From Vitrella brassicaformis CCMP3155 (lineage: Eukaryota; Protista; Chromerida): DNA of 64,000 nucleotides. The notes beneath the pieces are model-generated. The model was not told the origin of the DNA. It searched no databases and worked only from the letters and a program-made list of their open reading frames with translations. Below are positions 26,620 to 38,542 of this stretch, in pieces. How positions within the stretch are numbered: position 1 is the stretch's first letter; the number at the start of each line of letters is the position of its first letter. The stretch spans positions 81,763-145,762 of the forward strand of contig CDMY01000260.1 in NCBI GenBank assembly GCA_001179505.1. Reading direction: 5' to 3'. The translations under genes and the position numbers were made by a program.

Positions 26620-27205
26620 AGATGGAGGCCAAACAGGAGACCTCCTCTGCACAAATATGGCGGTGAGCAAAGAGATCTCACACGCAGACAGAATGCTTGC
26701 TCTATCCTGTGCCGTGTTGGTGTGCTGATTGATCTATGCAGCGACGCGCTCTCCCACTGGTGGAGTAACTGCAGCAGTGCGGCAGCCGCATGGCGCACAC
26801 GCCTCACACAACAGACAGGCCTGGGAGGCACCGAGTCGGACCACCATGGGAAGGAGCCGAGATGTGCAGCGGGCGCGATCCATCCTGGCGACGCACGAGC
26901 GCAGAAAGAAGAACAAGCATGTGCGCGTCTGCGAGGACCTGTCCATGACCTTCACCCCTCTGGTCGTCACCGTCGATGGGGTGTGGGGGAGGGAGGCGGA
27001 GCACTTCTTCACCCGCTTGACTGAGCAGCTGTTGACGAGGCAGGGGTGGTCAGATAGGGGGCGAGGGCGGGTGCATGGGTGGCTGCGTGCTCGTTTGTCT
27101 GTTGCATTGGTGCGGGCTGCTAGCCTGTGTTTGAGGGGCGGGAGGCAGTCATGGCGTGGTGTTGGGGCGATGGACGGGGCTGGGGTGTTCTCATCGGATG
27201 AGTGA
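26620..27205 (+). mobile_element. 5'-truncated, degenerate CRE-like non-LTR retrotransposon remnant (restriction-like endonuclease C-terminus)
   Basis: HERRKKNKHVRVCEDLSMTFTPLVVTVDGVWGREAEHFFTRL...VHGWLRARLSVALVRAASLCLRGGR matches the C-terminal consensus of RLE-type LINE ORFs (E..K..KY, F.P.V....G..G.EA, W.R.RLS..L.R....C.RG.R). Upstream GDLL-like motif out of frame; intronless. Confidence 0.72.
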
Positions 27206-28157
27206 GCGTGCCCTTTTGTGCATAGGCATATGTGGATAGATTCATGGAGGCGATTTGGACAAGCGAGTGCATGGATGCCATCTGTCAATTATCTCTTCCC
27301 AGATGTGCAGCGGGTGTGAGCCTCAGGGAGGAGAGCAGCATGACGGAGAAGGATGAGAGAAAGATGATTGTGATGAGCGGGCGGAAGGTGACGAGGTAGC
27401 GGCTGCGTCGTCAATGCTTTGTGTGTACTCAACTGCGCCTTTTTCCTCTGACTGGTCTGGACTGGAGACAAGACATCATGAGTGTGTCTTGTGCCTGCCT
27501 GATCCATGAGTGGGATGATCATCGAGGGCGATGTGCGTGAGTGAGTGCCGCTGTGCTGGGGTCGGTTGACTGCAGTTATTTTCTCCGCCTTATTTGTCTA
27601 GATTGGTTGATGCGCACAGGTGTACAGTAGACATGATGTGTCTTGTCTGTCTGTCAGCATAGCGCTCCCTCTGCGTTTGCGGATGTGAATGACTGATTTG
27701 TGTGCATTAGACAGACATGTGCCTGCCATGTGTCCGTCAGCATAGCGCTCTCTGTGTATTTTATCTTCCTCCCCTCATGTGTGTGTGCGTGTGTGTGTGT
27801 GTGTGTGAATGGTGGGTGAATTGCGGATGTGTGGTGTGGCAGACAGCCCGGCCGACAGACAGACAGACACCACATCAGAATATTGTGTTTATGCTGTGCA
27901 GCGATCGACGCCAGCCAGACTTTTGTTTGTACACTCAGAAAAGACTCACACATGTCCCATGAAGGGATGAATCATGACAGTCATAATAAAGACCATCAAT
28001 GTCGATCGTCCATCTCATCCATCTCAATCACCACCCTTTCTGTCCTGCCGTCCCCTTCCCCCTCCCCCTCCCCCTCCCCTGACCATCAATTTCACACGTC
28101 TGTCTGTCTATCTATCTGGCTATGTCTGTGGCTGTGGCTGTGGCTATGGTATGCTAC

Positions 28158-31100
28158 TTACTTATCGGGATAGAAGTCGTTGGTGGTGGCGTTGGAGTCG
28201 GTGCGGAAGAAGGGCGTCCCCAGGTGCGGCACCAGCCCGTCCAGCAGCACCTGCGCCAGACGCACATCCTCACACTTGAGCTCCACCTTGCACACACCTG
28301 CACACACCACACGCATCCATCCATCCATGCATCCCCTCGCAAACACAGGCCTCTCTGCTATGCGTCTGACCTGTGAGCTGCCCCGTGCCGAGCCAGCATC
28401 TCATGAGGCAGAGTGCGTCGTGTGAGCCGCCCCGCGGCCCCACGCGCAGCATGGTGAGCCGGGCGGCGGCCACCAGGGCGCCCTCTGCAAGGTGATGCTT
28501 CATACCCTCCACACGCTTGAATGCGCCGCCGTAGGTGGCATGGCGCGTCAGCTCGCCCGTGTCCTCACTCAGGGGGCGCGACAAACGGATCAGCGACTGT
28601 TGGGGAGAGAGGTGGGCAGAGAGAGGGGCATGAGAGTGTCTTCCTGCGTGTTGGTGTGTGTGGATGTGTGTCTGTGCACTTGCCTGTCGTGTTTGGAAGT
28701 TGGGGTCCCACCAGACGGCGAGGAATTGCTGTGGTGTGAGAGTGGCGGGCGAGAGGAACTTGGGCACGATGAGGGGCAGCGTGAAGTGGCTGCGGTGCAC
28801 CGAGTTGTCCGACAGGTACACGTCTACCTCACACTGACAAACAAACCATCGACACACACACACACCCACACCCACACACACGTTGTCGCAAAGACAGGCG
28901 TCCGATTGCATCTCACCCACCGTCGGCGGCACGTCGAAGAGCCCCACCATCTCTACGTGAATCGGCTGTATGTAGACACGCGCACGGCTGGCGGACGCCG
29001 CCGCGCTCCCACTCCCACTCCCACTCCCGCCGCCACTGGGCGTCCCCTCCGCCCCCGCCGTCGCCCCCTCCTTGGCTCCCTCCTTCTCCTTCTTGGTAAC
29101 TATCAGCGGCGCGTGCGACATGGGCAGCAGGTGCATCACGAGGTCTTGTCGGTCGGCGTTGGTGCACGAGAGTCGGACGGACGTGAAGCGGGTGGATGGC
29201 GCGAGTGTGGGTTTGAGGCGCAGCTCGATGGCGCCGCGGTTGCCCTCTCGTGTGGATCGGGTGAAGGACATCTGGCAGCTCACCTCTAACAGACAGACAG
29301 ACAGACAGATGGGATGGGATGGGTGGAATGGAAACTAGCAAGAGATAATAGAGAGCATATTGTGTGTGTGCGGTGGGTGCGGTAGGGCGGGGGGGTGTGG
29401 TCCCGTACCTAGCATTTCGTCTCGGTAGAGGATGCCGTTGTTGGCCATGCACATCTCCCTATAACGGTCCCTGCAACACGGTGTGTGTGGATGGATGGGT
29501 GGGTGGATGTCACAGATCTTGTTTCCCCTCTGCCTACCGGTTTTGCTCCTCAATGGTCTTGTGCGCGTGAGGGGGCACAGTGAGGTCGCTCCTGATCATG
29601 GCCTCCATCGGCTTCTCGCCCGTCTCGCTCACATGCTCCAACTCCACACGCAGCCGGGCTATCTCGCTCTCGCGCTTGCGCAACAACTCAGTCAACTCAC
29701 CAACACGGCTGCCACACCCACACACACACAGAGTGTGGTGTGTTGTGTGTGCGGCTGTCTCTTATGTGTGTTGCCTTGCATACACTTCTAGCGATGGCAC
29801 GTCCTTCATGTCGTTCAGCAGCGACTGGTTCTCGCGAGAGAGCGATTCGATCTGGGCCGACAGGGCCGGTGAGCGGTCGGGCGGGGGCAGGGGACGCCGC
29901 GTCTGCAGACATCACACGCACACAAAGCAACAAATACTACAGGCCGGCAAGAATGCCGAGCAGCAGGGCGAAGCGCGTTTCGCTCGTAGTCAGACAGTCA
30001 GTGTGTCTGCCGTGCCGACCACATGATCAAACTGGCAGTTGTCGAGCTGCAGGTTGTTCTGCCCGCTACTGAGTGGGAAGGGATTGCTCTCGTACAGCAC
30101 ACTCCACCCATCGCCGCCTCGCGACTTGCCTGACACCAAGCAAATCAAATCACCCACATGGCACACACACACGTGTGACGTGTGACGTGTGACGTGTGAC
30201 GTGTGACGTGTGGCTGTGTGTTGGTGTGCCCGCACTGTCTGACATAGCCAAGCCACATACCATCGACTCGTTGCCACACAGTCAGTGTGAGGTGCGAGGC
30301 CGACTTGAGCAGCGGCTGCCACAGGTCCACACCCTGCACCGCCAGCAGACTGTACCTGTGCTCACACACCACACACCACACACACCATACAACAATGACT
30401 AACAAGTCACAAGTGCGTAGTCCGCCCACTCACTTGACAGTGTGCACAGCCGTCCGGCCGTCGCCTTCGTCGGCACCCCTGAACTCAGCAACGGCGGGCG
30501 GACTGTGCTCGGATGTCACCTGCTTAGGCCAGAGCAGAAGATGCACACAAAGAGAGAGATCTCCATCCATCCATCAGGGCTGGGATGGTCTTGCTGGGCT
30601 GGGCTGGTGTGTGGGGTGGGCCTGCCTGGTCGTAGGTACCGTTTTGGTGTAGCGGACCTCCACCTGCAGCTGAGGCAGCCTGTCGGTCGAAATGCTATCG
30701 TCCGGCCCATCACCACCTATGTTATGTGCACACAAACAAGAAAACACAAGAAGCGACCAATACACACACACACACACACGCCACGCGCCTCACGCCACAC
30801 CTTCTGCATCATTCATTCGTCCACCACATCACATCACACACGTGCTTCTACAGCTTTCTACCTTTGGTACTGCTCTCCTTGCGCCTATCCTCGCGCCCGC
30901 CCGTCAGGTGCTTCACCATCGGCAGGCCAAACCGGTCAGGCGCCCGGCTGCCCCGCCCCTTGGTGGTGCTCTCGTCATCGCGCCAAAAGCGGGAAGGGCT
31001 CGGCAGCCACTGCTCGCCCAGGAAGGTCTCCTCACCCCAGATCTCCACCAGCAAAGGCGTGGCAGGGGTGGCCAAGACGGCCATGAGCTCGTCGATGAGC

Positions 31101-31752
31101 CGGGCGGTCTCTGCCTCCTTGTGTGCAAGTTTGTGCTGGATGGCCACGAGCTGTGCGGTGGGCTGGCCGCTGGATTTGAGGAGCTCCTGCATCTGCGACT
31201 CGTAGAGGTCCTGCTGCTGCTGGAGGGAGGTCTGGAGCTCCTTGATCTGGTCATCCTTGGCCGGGAGCTGCTGCTTGAGCCGGTCCAGCTGCTGCTGCAG
31301 CGCCTCACGGTTGGCCTGGTGCTCCGTCGCTGCCGCATTGGCGCTGCACACACACAAAGAACACACACACATACACAGAGAGCGTGTGATGTCATCTGAT
31401 GTGTGTAAGTGTTTTCCTGCAGGATGAGCCCTCACTCATTTCGCTCTACGATGATCTTGTTGAGTTCGCTGGTGGCCCTCTCGGCCTCCCCTTTCTGCTC
31501 CTCGACCTCTTTCTGGGCCTTCGCCACCGCCTTCCGGCCGCGGGAACGGGACTGCAACGAGCCAACACACACAGGCACTGCACTGCAGATGGCGGCCATG
31601 TGTTGCATGCCTACGGGCCTATCTACCGAGCAGTAACAGAAGAGTGAGAGCAGCCACAGGAGGAGGAACACGGCTCCCCCGATGGCGCACCACAGCCAGA
31701 GGTCGAGGCCCAGGAAGTCGGTTTCGTTGTCCACGCCGAACAACGACGCCAT
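28158..31752 (-). CDS. Membrane-anchored coiled-coil protein with a possible C2-like region and a C-terminal alpha-adaptin (AP-2 alpha) appendage/ear domain
   Basis: N-terminal TM (LWLWCAIGGAVFLLLWLLSLFCYC) and coiled coils. C-terminal MCMANNGILYRDEML, YIQPIHVEMVGLFDVPP, FTLPLIVPKFLSPATLTPQQFLAVW, GALVAAARL, CLMR, CKVELKCEDVRLAQVLLDGL align in order with alpha-adaptin ear motifs. Confidence 0.7.
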
Positions 31753-31784
31753 TGGCCTCACTGCCAGCCACAACTGGAAACACC

Positions 31785-31828
31785 AGGGTTTGGGTAGCAG
31801 GGTTTTCTACCCTAAACCCTAAGCCCTA
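31785..31828. promoter_or_regulatory. Telomere-like motifs in inverted arrangement (telo-box AAACCCTA at 31814-31821) in a bidirectional promoter
   Basis: AGGGTTTGGGTAG (31785-31797) vs CTACCCTAAACCCT (31807-31820), then AAGCCCTA. Lies between divergent ATGs at 31752 and 31983. Confidence 0.45.
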
Positions 31829-31982
31829 CGGCTCGTCCTACACAATAGCCAAGAAATCAAGGGTCCAAGAAATCAAGGAGCTGAGCTCTGCAAGGAGGGG
31901 TTTTGATGGTGGCGCCCTTCCGTCGGCCGAGAGAGCAAGCGACAGTCCCTTGAAGCATAGCGACGTCAGGCAGTGAAGTGGG

Positions 31983-34678
31983 ATGGACCCGTCCGGCAGC
32001 AAGCGCGTAAGTACAACACTGTTGTGTGACACTGTTACTGACCTTTCCTTTCTCGCCGCTGTTTGTTTCTGTGCAGGGCGCTGTGTCGCACCCGGACGGG
32101 CCGAGAACTCAGAAGAAGCCCCGGGCGGACACCCCGTCAGCAGCGGCAGCAGCAGCAGCAGTCAGCGCCAGTGCCCATGATCCCATCATATTCCCCTTCC
32201 CAGTCTCAGTTCCGCCCATTTCCCGTCCCCCTGCTCTGGCCGCTTCCCATTACCCGCCCTGGTCCGCACACCCTCTGCAGCCCATCTTCCAGTCCGCCGA
32301 GACAAGGGCAGCGGCCGGTGTTGGCGCGTCGCCCGGCGTCCCTCGCTGCAGCCCCTTGCCGACTTTGCCACTTCCTCAGTTGAGTCTCCGCGAGTCCATC
32401 ATGGCCATGCCCCTAGGGCCTGCCTTGAGGCGTGCACCAGCCATCTTCCACCTCAACCCACGGCCGGAGAAGCACGTGCCTCTCACGGCCGAGGGAGTGG
32501 AGGTGATGGCCAAGAGACTGCAGGTGGCGAATGCGTTGGTGTGCCAGCAGGGCATGGAATGGAACAGCAGTCAACTGCAGTGGGTGGTGGAGGCCGAGGT
32601 GCGGCTGGGAGGTGCCCACACGGCGCCCTTCAAGGTCACAGAGCCGTTTGCGCCGGCTCGGTACACCTACGAGGGCATCTTCAGCGCCCTCACCAAGGCG
32701 TGGGAGTTCAAGTGGCGGCTGCAGCAGCAGTTCAAGCTGTCTCCCTCTGCGATCCTCGAAACCCTCAGTCGAGCGGCATTCCCTCCCCAATCCCTCACCC
32801 AACGCGACGGCAGCACCACCACGCAGCAGCAAGGCGGCCCCGCACCACCACCACCACGACCCAGAATCAGCCCTGCCCCTGAGGAGCATCGTCACGAGCC
32901 CGCGGACGCCAGTCCCCAACAGGAGCACGCCGAGAGTGTGAGCGTGGGGGCCGTGACGGACGCGGCACCTGCGGGCGGGGCACCTGCAGCTGAGCAGCCG
33001 TGTGACGAGAGGCAGTTGGTCGACAAGCTGATGTCTCTTCTCCCCCCCTCACTCAACTGTGTCAAGACTCACATCAAGCCTCTGTGGGCTGGCACGTGGC
33101 AGGGCCTCCGGCTGACGGGCTTCGTCGCCTCGTTTGTGCCAAACGGCGGTGACCGGCCGGGGCAAGGGCAGCGTCTGGAGCTGAGGGTGCCTGTGGAGCG
33201 TGACGGCCAGCGGCCTCTGAGGCAGGCAGTGGCCATCGCCCTCGTCGAAGCGGCAAAGTGGCGTTTCAGGATGGGCATCGCTGCTCAGGAGGAGGAGGGG
33301 ATGGCCAGCGAGGAGGAGACCGACCAGCTCAGAGCATTTGGAGCACTTGCCGAGAACTTCAAGCAGCCTGCACCAGACAGACAGCAAACCGAGTCGGCAA
33401 ACGGCAATCGCGAAGATGCGGCAACCGACGAGAGCACCCCCGTTTCCCTCACGCCGCCCGCTCTCCCTGAGCGCGACGCGGGCAACGGCAACCAACAGAT
33501 GCTAGAGGCACCACGACAGACTGCGGAGGCTCCCTCTCCTTCGGGTCTTCACCCGAGCCCACCAGCCATCCCGGTTGCCCCTCCGTCTCCCGAGCAACAC
33601 CCACCACGAGCCATCCTGCCAGCAACCGTCAAGCAGGAGGTCAGCGGCACGGCAGAGAGACGGAATGTCACGGCCGAGTCGCCGCCAGAGGCCCCCCCAA
33701 AGACGAAGGAGGGCGAGGGCGTTGCCATCGTGGGTGTGGTCAAGGCTGAGGGAGAGGAGGAGGGCAAGGCAGCTGCAGCCGCTGCGAGTGCCGCGGGGGG
33801 CCCATCGGATAGCAGGGGCAAGGACAGGGGCAGCCCTGCCGCTCTGCCGGGTGTGCCGGCCGCGGAGGGGGCCAACGACGAGGGACGGCCCCAGGTGGCG
33901 CTGAGCGACCTGACGACAGAGCATCTGATCCAGCTGATGAGCGCCCTCCCTCAGCCCGGCCTTCGCCAACTCGCGAAGCGATGCCAAGAGGTCAGTTAGC
34001 GACGTCTGCACACACACATCACACCGTCCAGCGTCCAGTGCGTGTGTTTTCTGTTTGTCTGCTCAGTCGGTCGAGCGGTTCAATTTGGTGCCGTTCGCGA
34101 CGTTCGCCGACCTGGAGAAGCTGGTCCACGACCCGGCAGAGAGGGAGGACCTGCTGGCAGAGCTGCCGATGTCCGAGTGCACCCTCTTCATGCTGCAGCG
34201 CTTGGTCAAGACACTCAAGGACAGGGCGGCAGCCAATGGGGGGCGTGTGGCGTCGCCTGTGTGCGGCGAGGGGGCCGGTGGTGGGCGTGTGGAGGGGCTG
34301 GATAGCGAGGGAGTGGCGTTGCTGCTCGAGCAGAAGATAGTGAATGCGGATATGAAGCCACGACTATTCATCCTCGTAGCACAAATCCGAGAGGTGGGTG
34401 GGGAAAACGCAACGCAGGCAGCCATGGATGGATGGATGGATGCATGGATTGGCTTCCTTTCTCTTTTCCCCCACCCCCGGGGTCAGCATTGCATCCCCGG
34501 CAGTGTGCTGAGATGCCTGTGTGCCCGGACCACTGACATCTGTGGCGAGGAGGGGGAGTGGGTGCAGCAGCTGACGGGCAAGCTGCAGCCGAGGTGGGAC
34601 ATACGGCTGAAGCGAGTAGTGCGGGAGACCCTGCTAGCGGCAGACAGAGAGGAGGGGGGCAAGGTGGAGGGTGAGTAG
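31983..34678 (+). CDS. Putative transcription factor: one or two divergent AP2-like domains plus C-terminal SAM-like helical domain(s)
   Basis: Exon 1 MDPSGSKR|GTAAGT. GMEWNSSQLQWVVEAEV...FAPARYTYEGIFSALTKAWEFKWRL resembles an ApiAP2 domain. Second candidate ends RQAVAIALVEAAKWRFRM. SEGVALLLEQ...LFILVAQIREHCIPGSVLRCL resembles SAM. Confidence 0.5.
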
Positions 34679-35460
34679 ACAGAGGGGCCGAGAGACAGAT
34701 GGATGCAATGCACTCGGCACTAGCGACTTAATTTGAGCGATGAGTAAGGAATTGCGGGTGTTTGTTTCACGTAGCTATCGACGGCCTGCCTTGCCGTTTG
34801 CATGCGGGCAGGGCAGGGCGGTGTGTAATGTAGATAGGCATACTGCCTCGACAAAGCTGCGGTGGTGGTGTGGTGTCCATCCATTCTTGTTGTAAGAGAC
34901 ACACACTTTTTTGATTGATTGATTTGTTGACCGACCGGTGTATTTGTATACATGGCACTCACTGGCAATGTATGCCAAACTGTCTGTGTGTGTGTGTGCT
35001 ATGCTATGCTATGCCGTGTGTGGCCGTGTGTGTCCGTATCTATATACATACACACACACATACATTAATGAGTTTATTTGTATTCCCCAGTCAGTACACA
35101 AGAGATCGCATGCTACGCTACACACACCGATCTCTTTCTCGTCTTCCCACCGTCCACAGCCCGCAGCATGACAGACAGACAGAGCAGAGCGTCCCGTGCC
35201 GCTCGCGTATCGACACACACATATATAGATGTACACACAACGTCAGCAACCAAACCAAACCGGCCTCCCCTCTCTCTCCTGCGGTCCTTCGGACACACAC
35301 ACAGAGGGGAGGGAGCTGGAGACGCCGCACAGACATGCAGACAGACAAAATACACACATCAAAATTGCGGTAAACAGGCCGCTGGCTAAGACAGGCAGCC
35401 AAAGTCTGTACAACAGAAAGGCCCATTCCCCTGTCTTTCTCCCCAGGTAGTGTACCCTCA

Positions 35461-37486
35461 CTAGGCAGCAGCTGGCTGCTGTCTCGTCAACGAGTTCTCC
35501 ATCAGCCGACTGATCGCCCTCTGGTAGGTCCACAGCACGTCCTGCCGCTGTGGGGCGAGATCGGCGAGCGCCGAGGTTCGCAGACCGGTGGCAGACCATT
35601 CAACCTCCTCCCTGAGCCAACACCAGACAGACACAGAGGCATCTCAGTGTCCGTCCATTTCTCCCATTTCGTTGTGTGTCACGCACGCATCAGCTCACTT
35701 GATGTGGCCGAGGAGGTTGAACACCGACGCATGACGGCCAGACGAGCCGCCGTGATCGGCCACCCTCACCGCACCCACATCAGCATCACGCGAAGAAGAA
35801 GAAGAAGGCTGGTCGTCGCCGCCCCTCGCTCCGCTGGTCAGCCTTCTGATAGTCTCCTCTATCGCTGAGCCGTCTTGTCCTTTCCCTCCGCCATCATCAT
35901 ATTTCCTCCGCTCGCTCAGCCACTCCCCCTCGCGAGCCGCCGCGCCCGGCATGTGATGATGGCCGCTTTCGCCATCTCCATCACTCATGGCCTCGAGGCA
36001 CTTGCGGATAAGGCCGTCGAAGATGCGCTCGGCTGGGGCAGCTGCCGTGCAGATGAGCCTGGATGGCTTGTCGTAGAGGATGTCGAGGAGCGTCACGAGT
36101 CGCCTGGCCGCGTCGTGGTCATCGTGCGAGAAGGCTGGCACGTTGGTGAGGATGACGGTGTGGAAATGGTCTGCAATTGAAAGGTAGTCCGGGGCACCTG
36201 TGGTGGGAAACAGACAGACAAGAAGATGCTTTCTGCGTCCGTGTTCCTTGCTTTGTGTGGTGTGGGGGGGTCAGGGTGTCGCCGGACTGACCTAGGTTGC
36301 GCCTGCACAGCTCGTCAAAGTCAAATTCAGCAATCCCCCGCCCAGAATCCGCGCCGTCCTCCCAGCTCTTGCGCACTGCCAACCTCCTCCCCATGCGCAC
36401 GGGTACCTCCGTGGCCTTGGGCGGACCTGACGCACCAATGCTGCGCTTCAACTGCATCAGCTGATCGTCTGTGCGGGTGTTGAGGGGGTGCAGGAAGGTT
36501 GCTGGCGGCCGGGGGGATGTCTTGGCGTCGCTTCGTGTGAACCGGCGATAGTCGCACACAGACTGACGGAGCCAGGGAACAGAATCCGTGGCTATGCTGC
36601 TCTCCTCAGGTGTGTGCGCGTGTGGGTACCTACCTTGACATGGATGATGTCGCTGTGCTCTTTGAGCAGGTGAATGAAAGGCAGAAACAAATCGCGATTA
36701 AGTCCGCCTTGATACAGCTCTTCGGGTGGCACATTGCTGGTGGCCACGACCACCAAGCCTCGCGCCCACAGGTGGCGGAACAGGTGCAGCACGATCATGG
36801 CGTCGGCAATCCCCATGATCTGAAGCTCATCGAAGAAGAGGACCTTGACGCCCGCCGTGAGCTCCGACGAGATGCGGCCACACGGATCGGGGAAGCCCCC
36901 CTCCTGCTGCCGAAGCTGGCCGAAAGAAGTATAACAATTGGCGCATCAGAAGCAGTGGAACACTTAGTGTGGTGACTCACCTGGTGTATCTTCGCGTGGA
37001 TGCTAAGGAGGAAGTCATGGAAGTGGTGACGGACAACGGCAGATGAGTGTCTGCTCCCCTTGAGATCCTCCACAAGGCTGCTGTACAGCATGTTCATCAA
37101 CCTGCAGACACAACACACTTGAAGAGTATGCCAACGGGACGGACAGCACGTGTGTGGCTCACTGACATGGTCTTTCCACTGCCCACTGGACCATGCAGAT
37201 ACAGTCCCGTCAGGCCGTCTTGCCCTCTCCCCTCCAAATGGTGCAGAACAGCGCTCTTCATGCCCTCCAGCTGCCCTACGCACCTCCGCTGTGCCACATC
37301 GTCGGCGAACGTGCCGCTGCGCACCAACTGGTCATAGACGAGAGGAAGGGGAAGGCGGGGAGTGCTCCTCGCGCATCGGGAGGGAGCCGAAACAGACAGA
37401 TAGCGCCACTGCTGGCACGCGAAGGGAGGGATCACGTGCGATGCGAATGGCCGTAACACAGATAAATGCCTCGTGACGCGAGTCAT
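35461..37486 (-). CDS. AFG1: AFG1/LACE1/ZapE-family ATPase, probably mitochondrial
   Basis: Basic N-terminal presequence; GLYLHGPVGSGKTM, HFHDFLL, LFFDELQIMGIADAM, VATSNVPPEELYQGGLNRDLFLPFI, FDFDELCRRNLG, ARRLVTLLDILYD, EWSATGL, YQRAISRLME. Confidence 0.92.
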
Positions 37487-38126
37487 CGTGTAGAGGAGGC
37501 TCCAGCGCTTGAGGCGACAGAGCAGCGGTTTCAGGGAGCACCCTAGGAGGTCGCGAGCTAGAAGCGATCGTGGATGCATCTTCCCGCCCTGCTGAGCTCG
37601 CAGATCCCAAGGCAGATCTCGAGGCATCCTCAGCCTTGTTTTCTTTTGGCTGAGGATGCCATCGGCTTCCCCTCCCTCTGGGGGTCATGTTGGTCCTCGT
37701 CCGGTCCTCGTCTGTGCCCATTTGGCTGTGGTTGGCGTCTCCGATCTTTCCTCGTGATGCTGCCCGCCGCAGCTCATCATACCGCTCAGCCTTATTGGCT
37801 CTTCCTCTGGCGTCCTTCTCGCCCCCCCGACACGCTCTCCCACATCCCCCCGAGCCTCAATTGGGTCTTCATCGTGAAGATCTGCTTGACGACGCCGTCT
37901 CAGCGGACCGACGTGACGAGAACTGCACTCGCTCCTGCCTGGGACATGCGGCTTCCCCCCCGTCCCCGTTCGTCAGAGTGTGCTGAACCGCTGGTGTTGC
38001 CGTGGTGAAGCTGCAATGATGCTTGCGTATGGATGGGAGGGCATCTGCTTTATTGCATGGTTCGCTTGTTGCACTGGCACCGTGATCATGATGTGCTCTG
38101 TGTGGTGTGGGCGGAGGGGGTCTGTC

Positions 38127-38542
38127 ATGTCTTGTCATTTGGATGGTCTCTGTGTCTTAGGTAGCCTATCACGTGAGGTCGCACGCTGCCATGTCTTTTC
38201 TTTTGCGTGCACATGATTACGCGTGTGGTTATACTTCGGCGTGCCTCTGTGCATTGAGACCAGACTCCTGTCATTCATGGTGCTGCCTCTGTCCGTCTGT
38301 GGGACCCTTCTTGCCTCTGTCTGTCTAGCTTGCTTCCCCCGCCTTCCCCCTGCCTTTCATGTCCTCGTGCTCATCATCTTCGTTTGAGTGCTTGGTGGTG
38401 GGGGTGAAGCGGCTGATGATGTCTTGTCATTGGTGTGGTCTCTTCTCTGCGGTAGCCTATCACGTGTCGTTGCCCGCCATGATGTCTTTTCTTTTGCGTG
38501 TGCATGGTTGCGCGTGTGGTTAGACTTCGGCGTGCCTCTCTG
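38127..38542. repeat. Diverged ~124-bp direct repeat (38127-38250 and 38419-38542; period 292)
   Basis: Shared blocks ATGTCTTGTCATT, GGTAGCCTATCACGTG, ATGTCTTTTCTTTTGCGTG, GCGTGTGGTTA.ACTTCGGCGTGCCTCT. Confidence 0.8.

Noticed and set aside
30171-30212. (ACGTGTG)x6 heptamer array containing TGACGT motifs
   Set aside because: Intronic simple repeat derived from (TG)n. No spacers, so not CRISPR; no evidence for a regulatory role.
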